DNA of 50,530 nt from an uncultured Gammaproteobacteria bacterium (lineage in GTDB: Bacteria > Patescibacteriota > Microgenomatia > Levybacterales > GWA1-39-11), in contig CAZYWG010000003.1 in the NCBI GenBank assembly GCA_964651815.1, positions 1-50,530 on the forward strand, given 5' to 3'. Of the stretch, positions 20,386 to 29,094 are shown piece by piece. The notes beneath the pieces were generated by a model. That model saw only the letters and a program-made list of their open reading frames with translations. It made no database searches and was not told the origin of the DNA. A program made the translations under genes and the position numbers. The first letter of the stretch is position 1, and the number at the start of each line of letters is the position of its first letter.

Positions 20386-21482
20386 GTTGATCGATCGATT
20401 AGGCCTACCGCAGCTTTTGCAGTCCCTGGAGCAATAGTCCATCCCATTCCTCCGTGTCCCACATTGTGAACCACGACTTTCTTTCCTGCTCCTGTTTCTG
20501 CCGCAACTAAAGTCCCTTTTTCTCGGTAAGGACGTAGACCTGTTGTTTCCCCAACAATTTGATCTTCCGACAATTTGCCTTGTAAATCTTTGAAAACATC
20601 AACGTCAATACTAAGTAATCCATTCATTCTAGCCCAGACATCTTCTCTTTCTTCTCTCGTAGGTTCAGCTGAATCAAATTTGCCTTCGTGTATAAAAAGA
20701 GTCCCCAATACTAGGCGATCCGCAGATCTTGGAAGCATAATTAAATCGTCTGCACTAACAATATTATCAACCCCGGGATTATCTAAAAATAACAAGTGTC
20801 CTTTTACGGCTTTTAAGTCCAAATTTGGGAATATATCGCGAGCCTTAAGCCCCATACAATTAACAAGAAAGGTTTCAGGCAACTTATATAAGTCATCCTT
20901 ATCTTGAATTCTGCGAGAAATAACATTTCCACCAAGTTCTTTGAATTGTTCTTGAAGGCGCTGGAGCATATCGGGCGTGTTGAAAGCAAGAGTAGTAAAA
21001 TCCCATCCATATTTATATTCAAGCGGATTTGATGGAATCCCAAACTCTTTTACTGGTCCGAGTTGTTCTAATAAGCCCCTTAGATACTCCGGCATAGGCT
21101 CTTCATGTCTCATCAGTTCGGTATTTTCTCTCCGCATCATTGCGCCCTTATACTTTTCAGCTACTTGTTGGTCTGTATAAAACCTGAAGGAGTCTTCTAT
21201 CCATTTAATTTGTTCCAATTGTTCCTGCTTAGTTATTCCGTTTTCTTCAACGAAAGGAAGCCATTGTGCCACCCCTGCTTCAGAAGCACTTGAGACTCGC
21301 TGTCTTTCAGGGAATTGCACTAGTTGAGGATCATGATGTTGAAATTCGTAAATATTCACTCCGTGCCCTTTTTTTAGGGCTTCGATTCCTGTTTGGAGAC
21401 CCACAACTCCTTTACCGACTACCCCAATATCGGGCCTTAAATTTATCGTAGGAGTGCCAGGTCGTGATACTGTCTCAGTCAT
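20382..21482 (-). CDS. FAD-dependent D-amino acid oxidase (DAO family)
   Basis: VVGKGVVGL, VNCMGL.AR, GLRPYR, VHNVGHGGMGWT. Confidence 0.85.
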   Translation of the reverse strand: MTETVSRPGTPTINLRPDIGVVGKGVVGLQTGIEALKKGHGVNIYEFQHHDPQLVQFPERQRVSSASEAGVAQWLPFVEENGITKQEQLEQIKWIEDSFRFYTDQQVAEKYKGAMMRRENTELMRHEEPMPEYLRGLLEQLGPVKEFGIPSNPLEYKYGWDFTTLAFNTPDMLQRLQEQFKELGGNVISRRIQDKDDLYKLPETFLVNCMGLKARDIFPNLDLKAVKGHLLFLDNPGVDNIVSADDLIMLPRSADRLVLGTLFIHEGKFDSAEPTREEREDVWARMNGLLSIDVDVFKDLQGKLSEDQIVGETTGLRPYREKGTLVAAETGAGKKVVVHNVGHGGMGWTIAPGTAKAAVGLIDRST

Positions 21483-21551
21483 GTTCTAATTATACCATTT
21501 AGAGGCTGTAATACTTGACTTAAGACAGCAAATCTTTAGAATAGTAAAGCC

Positions 21552-23090
21552 ATGGTTTACTACCGCAAATACAGACCTCAGACAATTGCAGATCTTGATC
21601 TTGCTGCGGTTCGGGAACGGCTAACTTCAATCCTGCAGGCAAAAGAACTCCCACATGCGTTTTTGTTTACAGGACCCAAAGGTCTTGGGAAAACTTCGAG
21701 CGCACGAATTTTGGCAAAAGCAATTAATTGCGATGAAAGGGTAAAGGGTAAAGGGGGAAGCGTAAAGGAAACCCCTAGTATTGAGCCATGCAACAAATGT
21801 GAGAATTGTAAATCTATTACAAACGGATCTAATCTTGATGTGATAGAAATTGACGCGGCTTCTAACAGGGGAATTGATGAAATCAGGGATTTGCGTGAGA
21901 AAATAAAATTCTCGCCAGCCACACTCCCCAAAAAAGTCTACATAATTGATGAAGTCCATATGTTGACAAATGACGCGTTTAACGCTCTTCTCAAAACGCT
22001 TGAGGAGCCACCCGCACATGCCGTTTTTATTCTTTGCACAACAGAATTGGAAAAAGTCCCGCCAACCATTATTTCCCGCGCATTCCATGTCACATTTCAA
22101 AAGCCAACACTTAATGAAGTTGTTGGTTCGCTCAATAGAATTGTAAAAGGCGAGAAGCTTGACGTTGATAAAAACGTGTTAGATAGAATTTTTTCACTAT
22201 CTGAAGGGTCTTTTCGCGACGCGGCCAAAATCCTTGAAGATCTTGCATTTTCCGCAGGCAACGAAAAAATAACTCTTGCAACAGTTGAGAAAAACTATAA
22301 ATCAGAAAGTATAGATCAAGAAGCAGTCAAACTTATTAATGCGCTTGCCGTAAAAAACCTTTCGGAAGCTTTAAAAATAATTGAGATACTTATAAAAAAG
22401 GGCGTAGATTTTAAGTTTGTCACGGAAAAACTTGCCTCAATTCTGCACGCCGTAATTCTAATTCAGGCAGGGGTGAGTGAAACAACTATGGAAGTCCCTA
22501 AAAATTTAAATCCGCAAGACGCGGGTAGACTTCTCGAACTAATTAATGAATCCTACAAAAATATTAAGCTTGCCGTTATGCCTCAATTGCCTCTTGAATT
22601 GGTTGTGGTGGAGTGGTGCGTTGGAGGGAGAATCCAGAATCTGGAATCAGGAATAAAGAATAAGGAGAAAGAGATTGCTTCGGACTCTTTGAGTCCTCGC
22701 AATGACAAAGAGGAAAAGCAGGTTGTAAACAGCGAATCGAATGCAGAAAAAAAAGACGAAAAACCTAAATCAGAAGACAAAGCAAGCAAGAACGAACAAC
22801 AAACAAATAACGAAAATCCTCATGGCGTTCTTTTCCGCGCAAACGGGAAAAGCGAGGATTTTTTTGCAACTTTTCTTGCCGCATTAAAACACGATAACCA
22901 CTCAATTGCGGGAATTTTGCGTGGGTGCCGCTTGGTTGAAATAAGTGGTAGCACAGTTACGTTTGAAACAAAATACAAATTCCATAAAGACAAGCTAAGC
23001 GAGGCAAAAACGCGTACCGTTTTAGACGCGCGCGCAAGTGAGATATTAAGGGAAGATGTACATGTTGTTGTAAATCTGTTGGAAAAATAA
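21552..23090 (+). CDS. dnaX: DNA polymerase III subunit gamma/tau
   Basis: YRKYRPQ, GPKGLGKTS, IEIDAASNRG, IIDEVHML, NALLKTLEEPP. Confidence 0.97.
   Translation: MVYYRKYRPQTIADLDLAAVRERLTSILQAKELPHAFLFTGPKGLGKTSSARILAKAINCDERVKGKGGSVKETPSIEPCNKCENCKSITNGSNLDVIEIDAASNRGIDEIRDLREKIKFSPATLPKKVYIIDEVHMLTNDAFNALLKTLEEPPAHAVFILCTTELEKVPPTIISRAFHVTFQKPTLNEVVGSLNRIVKGEKLDVDKNVLDRIFSLSEGSFRDAAKILEDLAFSAGNEKITLATVEKNYKSESIDQEAVKLINALAVKNLSEALKIIEILIKKGVDFKFVTEKLASILHAVILIQAGVSETTMEVPKNLNPQDAGRLLELINESYKNIKLAVMPQLPLELVVVEWCVGGRIQNLESGIKNKEKEIASDSLSPRNDKEEKQVVNSESNAEKKDEKPKSEDKASKNEQQTNNENPHGVLFRANGKSEDFFATFLAALKHDNHSIAGILRGCRLVEISGSTVTFETKYKFHKDKLSEAKTRTVLDARASEILREDVHVVVNLLEK
22671..22706 (+). repeat. 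In-frame palindromic repeat element in dnaX
   Basis: GAGATTGCTTC-GGACTC-TTT-GAGTCC-TCGCAATGAC encodes EIASDSLSPRND. Confidence 0.75.
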
Positions 23091-23151
23091 GTATAATAGA
23101 TTTTGTCTTGCGATGACCGGTCGCTCGACATTGAAAGGATGGTGATTACAT

Positions 23152-23427
23152 ATGTTTAATCCATTAAAACAAGTAGGAGAACTCAATGAGCTCAGAAAAC
23201 AAGCAATGGCGCTTCAGAATGCTCTAAAACAGATCATAATTAATGAGCAAAAAGGTAGGGCAGAAGTAGAACTTTCTGCTGATATGAAAATTCATAGTGT
23301 CAAAGTAAATGGTGAAGAAATGAATGACCTAAAAGACTGTCTCAATGACGCAATTGAAAAAGCCCAGAAAAAAGCGGCTGGTAAAATGCAAGAAATGGGT
23401 GGTCTTGGCGGCATGTTTGGACAGTAG
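23152..23427 (+). CDS. ybaB: YbaB/EbfC nucleoid-associated protein
   Basis: Follows dnaX; QAMALQNAL...NDAIEKAQKKAA.KMQEM. Confidence 0.8.
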   Translation: MFNPLKQVGELNELRKQAMALQNALKQIIINEQKGRAEVELSADMKIHSVKVNGEEMNDLKDCLNDAIEKAQKKAAGKMQEMGGLGGMFGQ

Positions 23428-23513
23428 AGTTGTAAGCACAAAGAACCAAATCTTAAGCTCCAAGCAAATATTAAATTTTAAAATTTGAAATTTTATTTTC
23501 AATTTGGTGCTTA

Positions 23514-23537
23514 TTTACCCTGAACGAAAGCGAAGGG
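23514..23537 (+). repeat. TTTACCCTGA...CGAAGGG short dispersed repeat
   Basis: Related copies at 26595-26617 (reverse) and 34741-34763. Confidence 0.75.
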
Positions 23538-23559
23538 GTTCTTGGAATTTATATAAACT

Positions 23560-24462
23560 ATGCTTTTTGTTGGCGATCTTGATAATCATAAGCTTTCAGA
23601 AAAACTCGCAAAAATATTCGGCGTTACGGCTATTTATCCTGACAAACACATTTTTCCGGACGGAGAAATGCGAGTCAGGATTCTTGAAAAAGTTGCTGGC
23701 GAGCCGGTAGTTTTCCTAAAATCCCACGTTGCTCCGGTTGATTCAAATGTTCTTGAAACGCTTTTTTTAATAGACATTCTTAAGCGCAACGGCGCGGGTT
23801 TAATCACCGGAATTATTCCATACCTTGGCTATATGCGCGCTGACCATATGTTTCGGACCGGAGAGGGCGTGCCTCTTGAAGTTTTAATTTCTGCTTTTGA
23901 AGCTGTGGGCCTTGCTAAAATATTAATTGTTGACCCTCATTCAATTAGAATTCCCGAGCTCTTTCATATTCCTGTCGTAAATTTATCGGCGCTAGAAGTA
24001 TTTGCAGCGGCCATTCGTGAACTAAATTTGCCAAAAGATTCCTATACTCTTGTTACACCTGACAAAGGGGGAGTCCGAAGGGTGAAATTGTTATCTGAAA
24101 TGTTAGGAAATGCGCCTTACGCTACAATTCAAAAAAATAGAGATCTTGAAACGGGAAATGTTGAGGCTTCCAAAGTAGAGGATAAAATCGAGAAAATATG
24201 CTTTGTAATAGACGACATGATTTCCAGCGGTGGAACAATTGTAAAAGCGCTAGACGCGTTGACTGAAGCTGGTGCGAAAGAGCTATATGTAATGGCAACG
24301 CACGGTGTTTTTTCAGAAAATGCACCCCGTTTGCTTCAAACTTCAAAAGCTAAAAAAGTGTTTGTTACAAATTCAATTCCTGTCCCTGAGGCAAAAAGAT
24401 TTCGGAAGTTACAGGTTCTATCAATTGCCGATCTGATTGCTCAACATATTCTCGAGCCCTAG
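23560..24462 (+). CDS. prs: Ribose-phosphate pyrophosphokinase
   Basis: FPDGE, PYLGYMRAD, PDKGG, DDMISSGGT, ATHGVFS. Confidence 0.93.
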   Translation: MLFVGDLDNHKLSEKLAKIFGVTAIYPDKHIFPDGEMRVRILEKVAGEPVVFLKSHVAPVDSNVLETLFLIDILKRNGAGLITGIIPYLGYMRADHMFRTGEGVPLEVLISAFEAVGLAKILIVDPHSIRIPELFHIPVVNLSALEVFAAAIRELNLPKDSYTLVTPDKGGVRRVKLLSEMLGNAPYATIQKNRDLETGNVEASKVEDKIEKICFVIDDMISSGGTIVKALDALTEAGAKELYVMATHGVFSENAPRLLQTSKAKKVFVTNSIPVPEAKRFRKLQVLSIADLIAQHILEP

Positions 24463-24913
24463 ACCTCCTCATGTCTTTTATTCTAGACATAATATTCTTT
24501 TTATTTGCAAGCGCTATGTCTGAAATATCAGTTATTGCAACTCCTCCCGAGAGTGAGTCATTCGGAAAACTTAAGATATTAGGTATGGCCGGAGGTGTTT
24601 CAGATTCAATAACTATTGGCTGATTTCCTCTAGGCCTAAGTCTATTAAGCAAGTCTCGGCCGTTAACTACTGCAGCAGCCGCAAGTATTCCTATTCCTGC
24701 CAACTCTGCTAGGCTACTATTATCCACACCTGGGATAAAAAATGTATTAGGTACAAAACTTCTCCCCAGGGAGTAGGTCATCCCTGCTGCTCCGGTTACG
24801 CACACAGCTGCCCAAGCTATAAATAATGGGTGTTTTGCGATATCCATAAAAGGTTCTATAAATTGCTCATCAATAAATTCTCGATTGGCGCTCTTCCTCT
24901 CTATGTTTGCCAT
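24365..24913 (-). CDS. Hypothetical membrane protein
   Basis: Two hydrophobic segments; overlaps the prs 3' end convergently. Confidence 0.6.
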   Translation of the reverse strand: MANIERKSANREFIDEQFIEPFMDIAKHPLFIAWAAVCVTGAAGMTYSLGRSFVPNTFFIPGVDNSSLAELAGIGILAAAAVVNGRDLLNRLRPRGNQPIVIESETPPAIPNILSFPNDSLSGGVAITDISDIALANKKNIMSRIKDMRRSRAREYVEQSDRQLIEPVTSEIFLPQGQELNL

Positions 24914-25033
24914 TATAAGAGGAGTGTAGGGCTTTGGTATATGTAATGCAAGTAAGAAAAGTTAAGATCCTGTTAAGTATTTGGAAGGGTTGTGTCAAGC
25001 TCAAAAACCCATTCAGAGATAAACTGCGGACAT

Positions 25034-25267
25034 ATGAAAAGTTCAGAACAGAGTTTAAAAACGGAAAAAGTAGATATACAGGCGGATGTTTCAGAAGCGC
25101 GGGCCAAAGTTACCCAAGCAGAATTTGAAGCATCTAAAGAAGAAAGTGAAGCGGCGGAATTGGAAATAGAATTAAGAGAAGCAGAGGTTGCTGCGGAAAG
25201 ACAAAAAGAGGCTGAGGAACGCGGTAAAGAAACAAAGGAGAGAATAGGAGAAGCATTGGGAGGATAG
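25034..25267 (+). CDS. Small acidic helical hypothetical protein
   Basis: E/A/K-rich ORF from ATG 25034. Confidence 0.55.
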   Translation: MKSSEQSLKTEKVDIQADVSEARAKVTQAEFEASKEESEAAELEIELREAEVAAERQKEAEERGKETKERIGEALGG

Positions 25268-25271
25268 CATC

Positions 25272-25324
25272 GTCATTGTGAAGCAATCTCGCGCATGAGA
25301 TTCCTTCGCTTCGCTCGGAAAGAC
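25272..25324. repeat. Intergenic inverted pair of GTCATTG..AAGCAATCTC / GAGATT..GAC elements
   Basis: Same family as the dnaX and ychF in-frame inserts. Confidence 0.7.
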
Positions 25325-25335
25325 AAGGAGGAAAT

Positions 25336-25644
25336 ATGAACCAAAATTATGAAACATTTAAAAAAGATTTTAAACGGGATTTTTTTGTCAAAATGGTGAT
25401 TGCTTTAAAATACTCTAAAACAACAAGAGGATCCAGCGCGGAATTTGCGAGTGACATTATAGATTTAATGAAAGAAGAGCAAGTTGGGGTAGCTTTTGCC
25501 AAGATAAATAAGCTTGCAGAGATTCATCCAGAGCTTTTGGAAATATTAATAAAACGGGGGAATGAATATGACGCTCGTGAAAAAGAAGAGAAAATGAACC
25601 AAATTATTATGAATTTAAGAGAGAAGGGTGGTGAAATAACATGA
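25336..25644 (+). CDS. Hypothetical protein
   Basis: AAGGAGG SD; 102 aa. Confidence 0.75.
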   Translation: MNQNYETFKKDFKRDFFVKMVIALKYSKTTRGSSAEFASDIIDLMKEEQVGVAFAKINKLAEIHPELLEILIKRGNEYDAREKEEKMNQIIMNLREKGGEIT

Positions 25645-26495
25645 GTGAAGTAACAGGAATGGGAACACCAATGAGTCCTGGGGTCCAATCATCAGTTGGA
25701 GGAGGGGTACAGAGCGCTCGAGGTGGTACTGAGAGCGTAGCGCATGCAGTGCACACTGTCCCTCCAAAAAATCAAGGTGGGACAGATGTTAATATTCCAA
25801 GCGCTATAAAAGATAAGAGCAGTAGTTCGGGAGGTAAAAAATCGCCAGGTTCTATAAATGGCGAAATAGTTTCAACTCCTGAATCAAAAAAGGTAGGAGC
25901 TGAATTACCCGGCGGGGCGAAAAAAGATAAAAATTCGGAGAGCTTCTATTCTGAAGAATTTACGGAAAAAGTTCTTAGGGTTGCCAAGGAAGAAGGGCTG
26001 GACGCAGCGCTTGAGATGTTAGCTCGCGGTGAGGTGAATGAGGAGGTTGGGCAGAATGTGAATGGTGCGATTGATGAATCGGAAGATGCGAAAAAAGATA
26101 AAAAGGAAAAAGTGGCTCCGGATCTCGTAGAAGACGATGTGCAAGCGCCAGAAGCAATAAATGGAGAGCGTAAGACGGAAAAGCCCGGAGATGATATTCA
26201 AGAAGCACCGTATGACCCAAAAGTTATTGAAATGGCAAGCCGCATTGTCAAAATGGCCGAGAGGAGCAGAAATGCAGGTAGGGAAATAGGTAACACCGGC
26301 GAATATATGTCGCCAGCGGACTATTACAGAATGATGCTTCTTCTTGAGGAGATGATGAAAGAGGAGAAAGACCCAAAGAAGAAAGTGACACTTTTTGATA
26401 TGTTACTTATGTTGATTGGAGAATTTTTGAGAGGGACATTTGTGGAAAGCGGACAAGCTGTAGCTAAAGATGTTGGAGAAAGTGCCGCAGCATAA
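25641..26495 (+). CDS. Hypothetical protein, largely low-complexity and acidic
   Basis: ATGA overlap with the upstream gene; GGTGGTGA SD. Confidence 0.75.
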   Translation: MSEVTGMGTPMSPGVQSSVGGGVQSARGGTESVAHAVHTVPPKNQGGTDVNIPSAIKDKSSSSGGKKSPGSINGEIVSTPESKKVGAELPGGAKKDKNSESFYSEEFTEKVLRVAKEEGLDAALEMLARGEVNEEVGQNVNGAIDESEDAKKDKKEKVAPDLVEDDVQAPEAINGERKTEKPGDDIQEAPYDPKVIEMASRIVKMAERSRNAGREIGNTGEYMSPADYYRMMLLLEEMMKEEKDPKKKVTLFDMLLMLIGEFLRGTFVESGQAVAKDVGESAAA

Positions 26496-26513
26496 ATGCT
26501 TGGCGGGAACGTG

Positions 26514-26542
26514 TTGACAATTATTATTTAGATGTTTAAAAT
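26514..26542 (+). promoter_or_regulatory. Sigma70-type promoter for the T-box/csaA-proS transcript
   Basis: TTGACA-17 bp-TAAAAT. Confidence 0.8.
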
Positions 26543-26549
26543 ATGTTTA

Positions 26550-26742
26550 CAAAGCGTTTGAGTCTGGTTCCCGCCAGGCAAGCTGACTACGAAGCCCTTC
26601 GACACTCTCAGGGTAAAAGTAGTACGGAAGCTTAACCGTTAAATAGAGAAAATAAGCCCCGATTAAATCGGGGGAAGCAAGGTGGTACCACGGTAATTTA
26701 ACCGTCCTTGTCCCGAACAGATCGGGATGAAGGCGGTTTTTT
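26550..26742 (+). ncRNA. T-box riboswitch (Pro specifier, ultrashort Stem I)
   Basis: Antiterminator CAAGG-TGGTACC-ACGG..CCGT-CCTTG (bulge 26683-26689); CCGTTA F-box; AGTA in Stem II; terminator ending in a U run at 26737-26742; loop TTCCCG holds Pro codons. Confidence 0.88.
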
Positions 26743-26807
26743 CGTGCGTGTTAAACTCACGACACTAATGCTTTAGCGTAGTGTTTATAAAAATAAGATT
26801 CAAATTT

Positions 26808-27158
26808 ATGAAACCTAAAATTACATTTGAGGATTTTGATAAAGTAGATATCCGCGTAGGTCGTGTAGTGAAAATCGAAGACTTTCCTGAGGCAAGAAAA
26901 CCAGCATATAAATTGTGGATTGATCTAGGTCAGGAAATAGGCACAAAAACTTCAAGCGCTCAGATTGTCAAAAATCAAACCAAAGAAGATCTGCTTAATA
27001 AATTAGTTTGTTGCGTTGTAAATTTTGAACCCCGTCAAATTGGCCCTTTTGTCTCGGAAGTTCTGACTCTTGGACCGGATGACGGAACGGAAGATGATAG
27101 CCGTTGGGTTGTTATTAGACCGTTGAAAGAGGTTCCTCTTGGTAGTAAAGTTAAATAA
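26808..27158 (+). CDS. csaA: tRNA-binding/chaperone protein (CsaA/Trbp111 family)
   Basis: FDKVDIRVGRV, ARKPAYKL, SSAQI, VVNFEPRQIGPFVSEVLTLG. Confidence 0.9.
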   Translation: MKPKITFEDFDKVDIRVGRVVKIEDFPEARKPAYKLWIDLGQEIGTKTSSAQIVKNQTKEDLLNKLVCCVVNFEPRQIGPFVSEVLTLGPDDGTEDDSRWVVIRPLKEVPLGSKVK

Positions 27159-27160
27159 GT

Positions 27161-28387
27161 ATGAAATACTCAAAGCTTTTTGGAAAAACAATCAAAGATA
27201 CTCCTAAAGATGTCACGCTTGCTTCTCACAAGCTGCTTTATCAAGCGGGATTTGTCCGCGAATCAACAGCCGGCAGATATTATTTTCTTCCGTTGGGTTT
27301 AAGGGTTCAACAAAAAATTCAGAAAATAATTAAAGAAGAAATGGATGCTGCTGGTGCTCAAGAGATACTAACGCCAGTTCTTCATCCAATTGATTTATGG
27401 AAAGAAACAAACAGAACGAATTCCGTTGGTTTTGAATTAATGGTGATAAAAGATAGAAATAAAACAGAGTTTGTTCTTGGTGGAACAGCAGAAGAAATGC
27501 TTGTGGATTTAGTACGGAAATTCCAGATTTCATATAAAGATTTACCATTCAACATTTATCAGTTTTCAACAAAATTCAGAGATGAATTAAGAGCCCGCGG
27601 AGGTCTTCTCCGTTTGAAGGAATTTGTTATGAAAGATGCTTATTCATTTCACGCAACCGAGGAAGACTTTAAGCGCGAGTATGAAAAAATGTCAAACACA
27701 TACTCTGAAATTTTTAGGCGTGTAGGACTCACTGCTGTTAAAACAGAGTCTGACAATGGTTATATTGGGGGAGAATATAGCCACGAATTCCAAGTGGTTT
27801 GCGAAAGTGGTGAGGATGAAATTGTTTATTGTCCGGGGGGCGATTTTTCTCAAAACTCTGAAATTGCAAAAGTAGAAGCTGGAAAACAGTGTGATTTGGG
27901 ACACGGGCCGCTTAAAAAAGTTAAGTCCATTGAGGTAGGGAATATTTTTCAACTTGGTTATCACTATTCTTCAAAAATGAAAGGTGCGGAGTTTGTAAAT
28001 GAAGACGGAACAAAAAAGCCTTACTACATGGGTTGTTATGGAATAGGTCTAGCTCGGACACTCGCGACAATAGTTGAGGTGCATCACGATGAAAAAGGTA
28101 TTATTTGGCCTGAAAGTGTTACGCCGTTTGCGGTTCATTTAGTTAATATCGGCCATAATGAATATGCGCAAAAAGTTTATGACAAACTCGTTTCCGGAAG
28201 CGTGGAAGTTCTCTGGGATGACAGAGATATTTCTGCAGGGCAAAAATTTGCAGATGCAGATTTGATTGGAATTCCTGTCAGGCTTGTTGTCTCTGAAAAA
28301 AATGGCGAAAAGCTGGAATGGAAGAAAAGAAATTCGAGTGAACCGGAAATTATTGACCTAAAAGTTGTAATAGAAAAGTTAAAATAG
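27161..28387 (+). CDS. proS: Proline--tRNA ligase (short form lacking the INS editing domain)
   Basis: FRDELRARGGLLR..EF.MKDAYSF, IEVGNIFQLG, MGCYGIG, KFADADLIGIP; only 408 aa. Confidence 0.95.
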   Translation: MKYSKLFGKTIKDTPKDVTLASHKLLYQAGFVRESTAGRYYFLPLGLRVQQKIQKIIKEEMDAAGAQEILTPVLHPIDLWKETNRTNSVGFELMVIKDRNKTEFVLGGTAEEMLVDLVRKFQISYKDLPFNIYQFSTKFRDELRARGGLLRLKEFVMKDAYSFHATEEDFKREYEKMSNTYSEIFRRVGLTAVKTESDNGYIGGEYSHEFQVVCESGEDEIVYCPGGDFSQNSEIAKVEAGKQCDLGHGPLKKVKSIEVGNIFQLGYHYSSKMKGAEFVNEDGTKKPYYMGCYGIGLARTLATIVEVHHDEKGIIWPESVTPFAVHLVNIGHNEYAQKVYDKLVSGSVEVLWDDRDISAGQKFADADLIGIPVRLVVSEKNGEKLEWKKRNSSEPEIIDLKVVIEKLK

Positions 28388-28930
28388 CCCAAAGATTTTG
28401 GCCCAGAAAGCTCCCCAAACAGCAAGAAGCACAACAAGTAACGCCCCAATTACTTTAGCTGACAAGATTGCTTTACCGGATTTTCCTGTTGCCGCTCCAG
28501 GTTTTGCATTATCCTTTGCCGCGTGCCCGTCTTTAAATACAAAAGGTTTTGAACTATCTGCAGGTTTCGCGCCACCGGTTGTAAATGGCATGGTGGTTGA
28601 GCTAGGCATAGTTGGCGCTGAAGGTGGAGACGGTGGAGTGGGAGAAGGCGCGATTACGCCGGGTGGGGTTGACATGGTAGGAGCCGGATTTGAAGGTGCC
28701 TGGGGTTGCATATTTGAAGTATCCATTGGTGGAGTTGGTACCATCCCTGTAGTGGGAGACGGATTTGTAGGCATTGGGGCACTTGATACAGGAGGTGACA
28801 TAGTTGGTGCGGCAGGTACTCCCCCGGCCGGTGTTTGCGCCGAGTCTTCGGGTTTTTTAACCGGCGTATTCATTACGCGTTCATAAATTTCTTTAAGGTC
28901 GGGGTTAAGCTCCTGTTTTTTAGGATCCAT
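28379..28930 (-). CDS. Pro-rich protein with C-terminal TM anchor
   Basis: N-terminal LKEIYERVM helix, Pro/Thr/Ser-rich linker, C-terminal hydrophobic helix. Confidence 0.8.
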   Translation of the reverse strand: MDPKKQELNPDLKEIYERVMNTPVKKPEDSAQTPAGGVPAAPTMSPPVSSAPMPTNPSPTTGMVPTPPMDTSNMQPQAPSNPAPTMSTPPGVIAPSPTPPSPPSAPTMPSSTTMPFTTGGAKPADSSKPFVFKDGHAAKDNAKPGAATGKSGKAILSAKVIGALLVVLLAVWGAFWAKIFGLF

Positions 28931-29094
28931 ACTTAAATAATAGGGTTATTTGCTAACTCTTGTCAAGTTACTATAAAATGAGTATACTTGTGGATCTTCG
29001 TTAAGTAATCGCAAGTATAATTTTCAATTTGAAATTTTAAATTTTCATTGAAAACTAAAAATTAAAAATTATAAATTATAAATTATAAATAGTT

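Noticed and set aside
28398-28886. 162-aa plus-strand ORF (and similar antisense ORFs such as 1578-2033, 4366-4764, 32956-33468, 44287-44790)
   Set aside because: Shadow frames of well-supported genes, with no initiation signals or motifs of their own.
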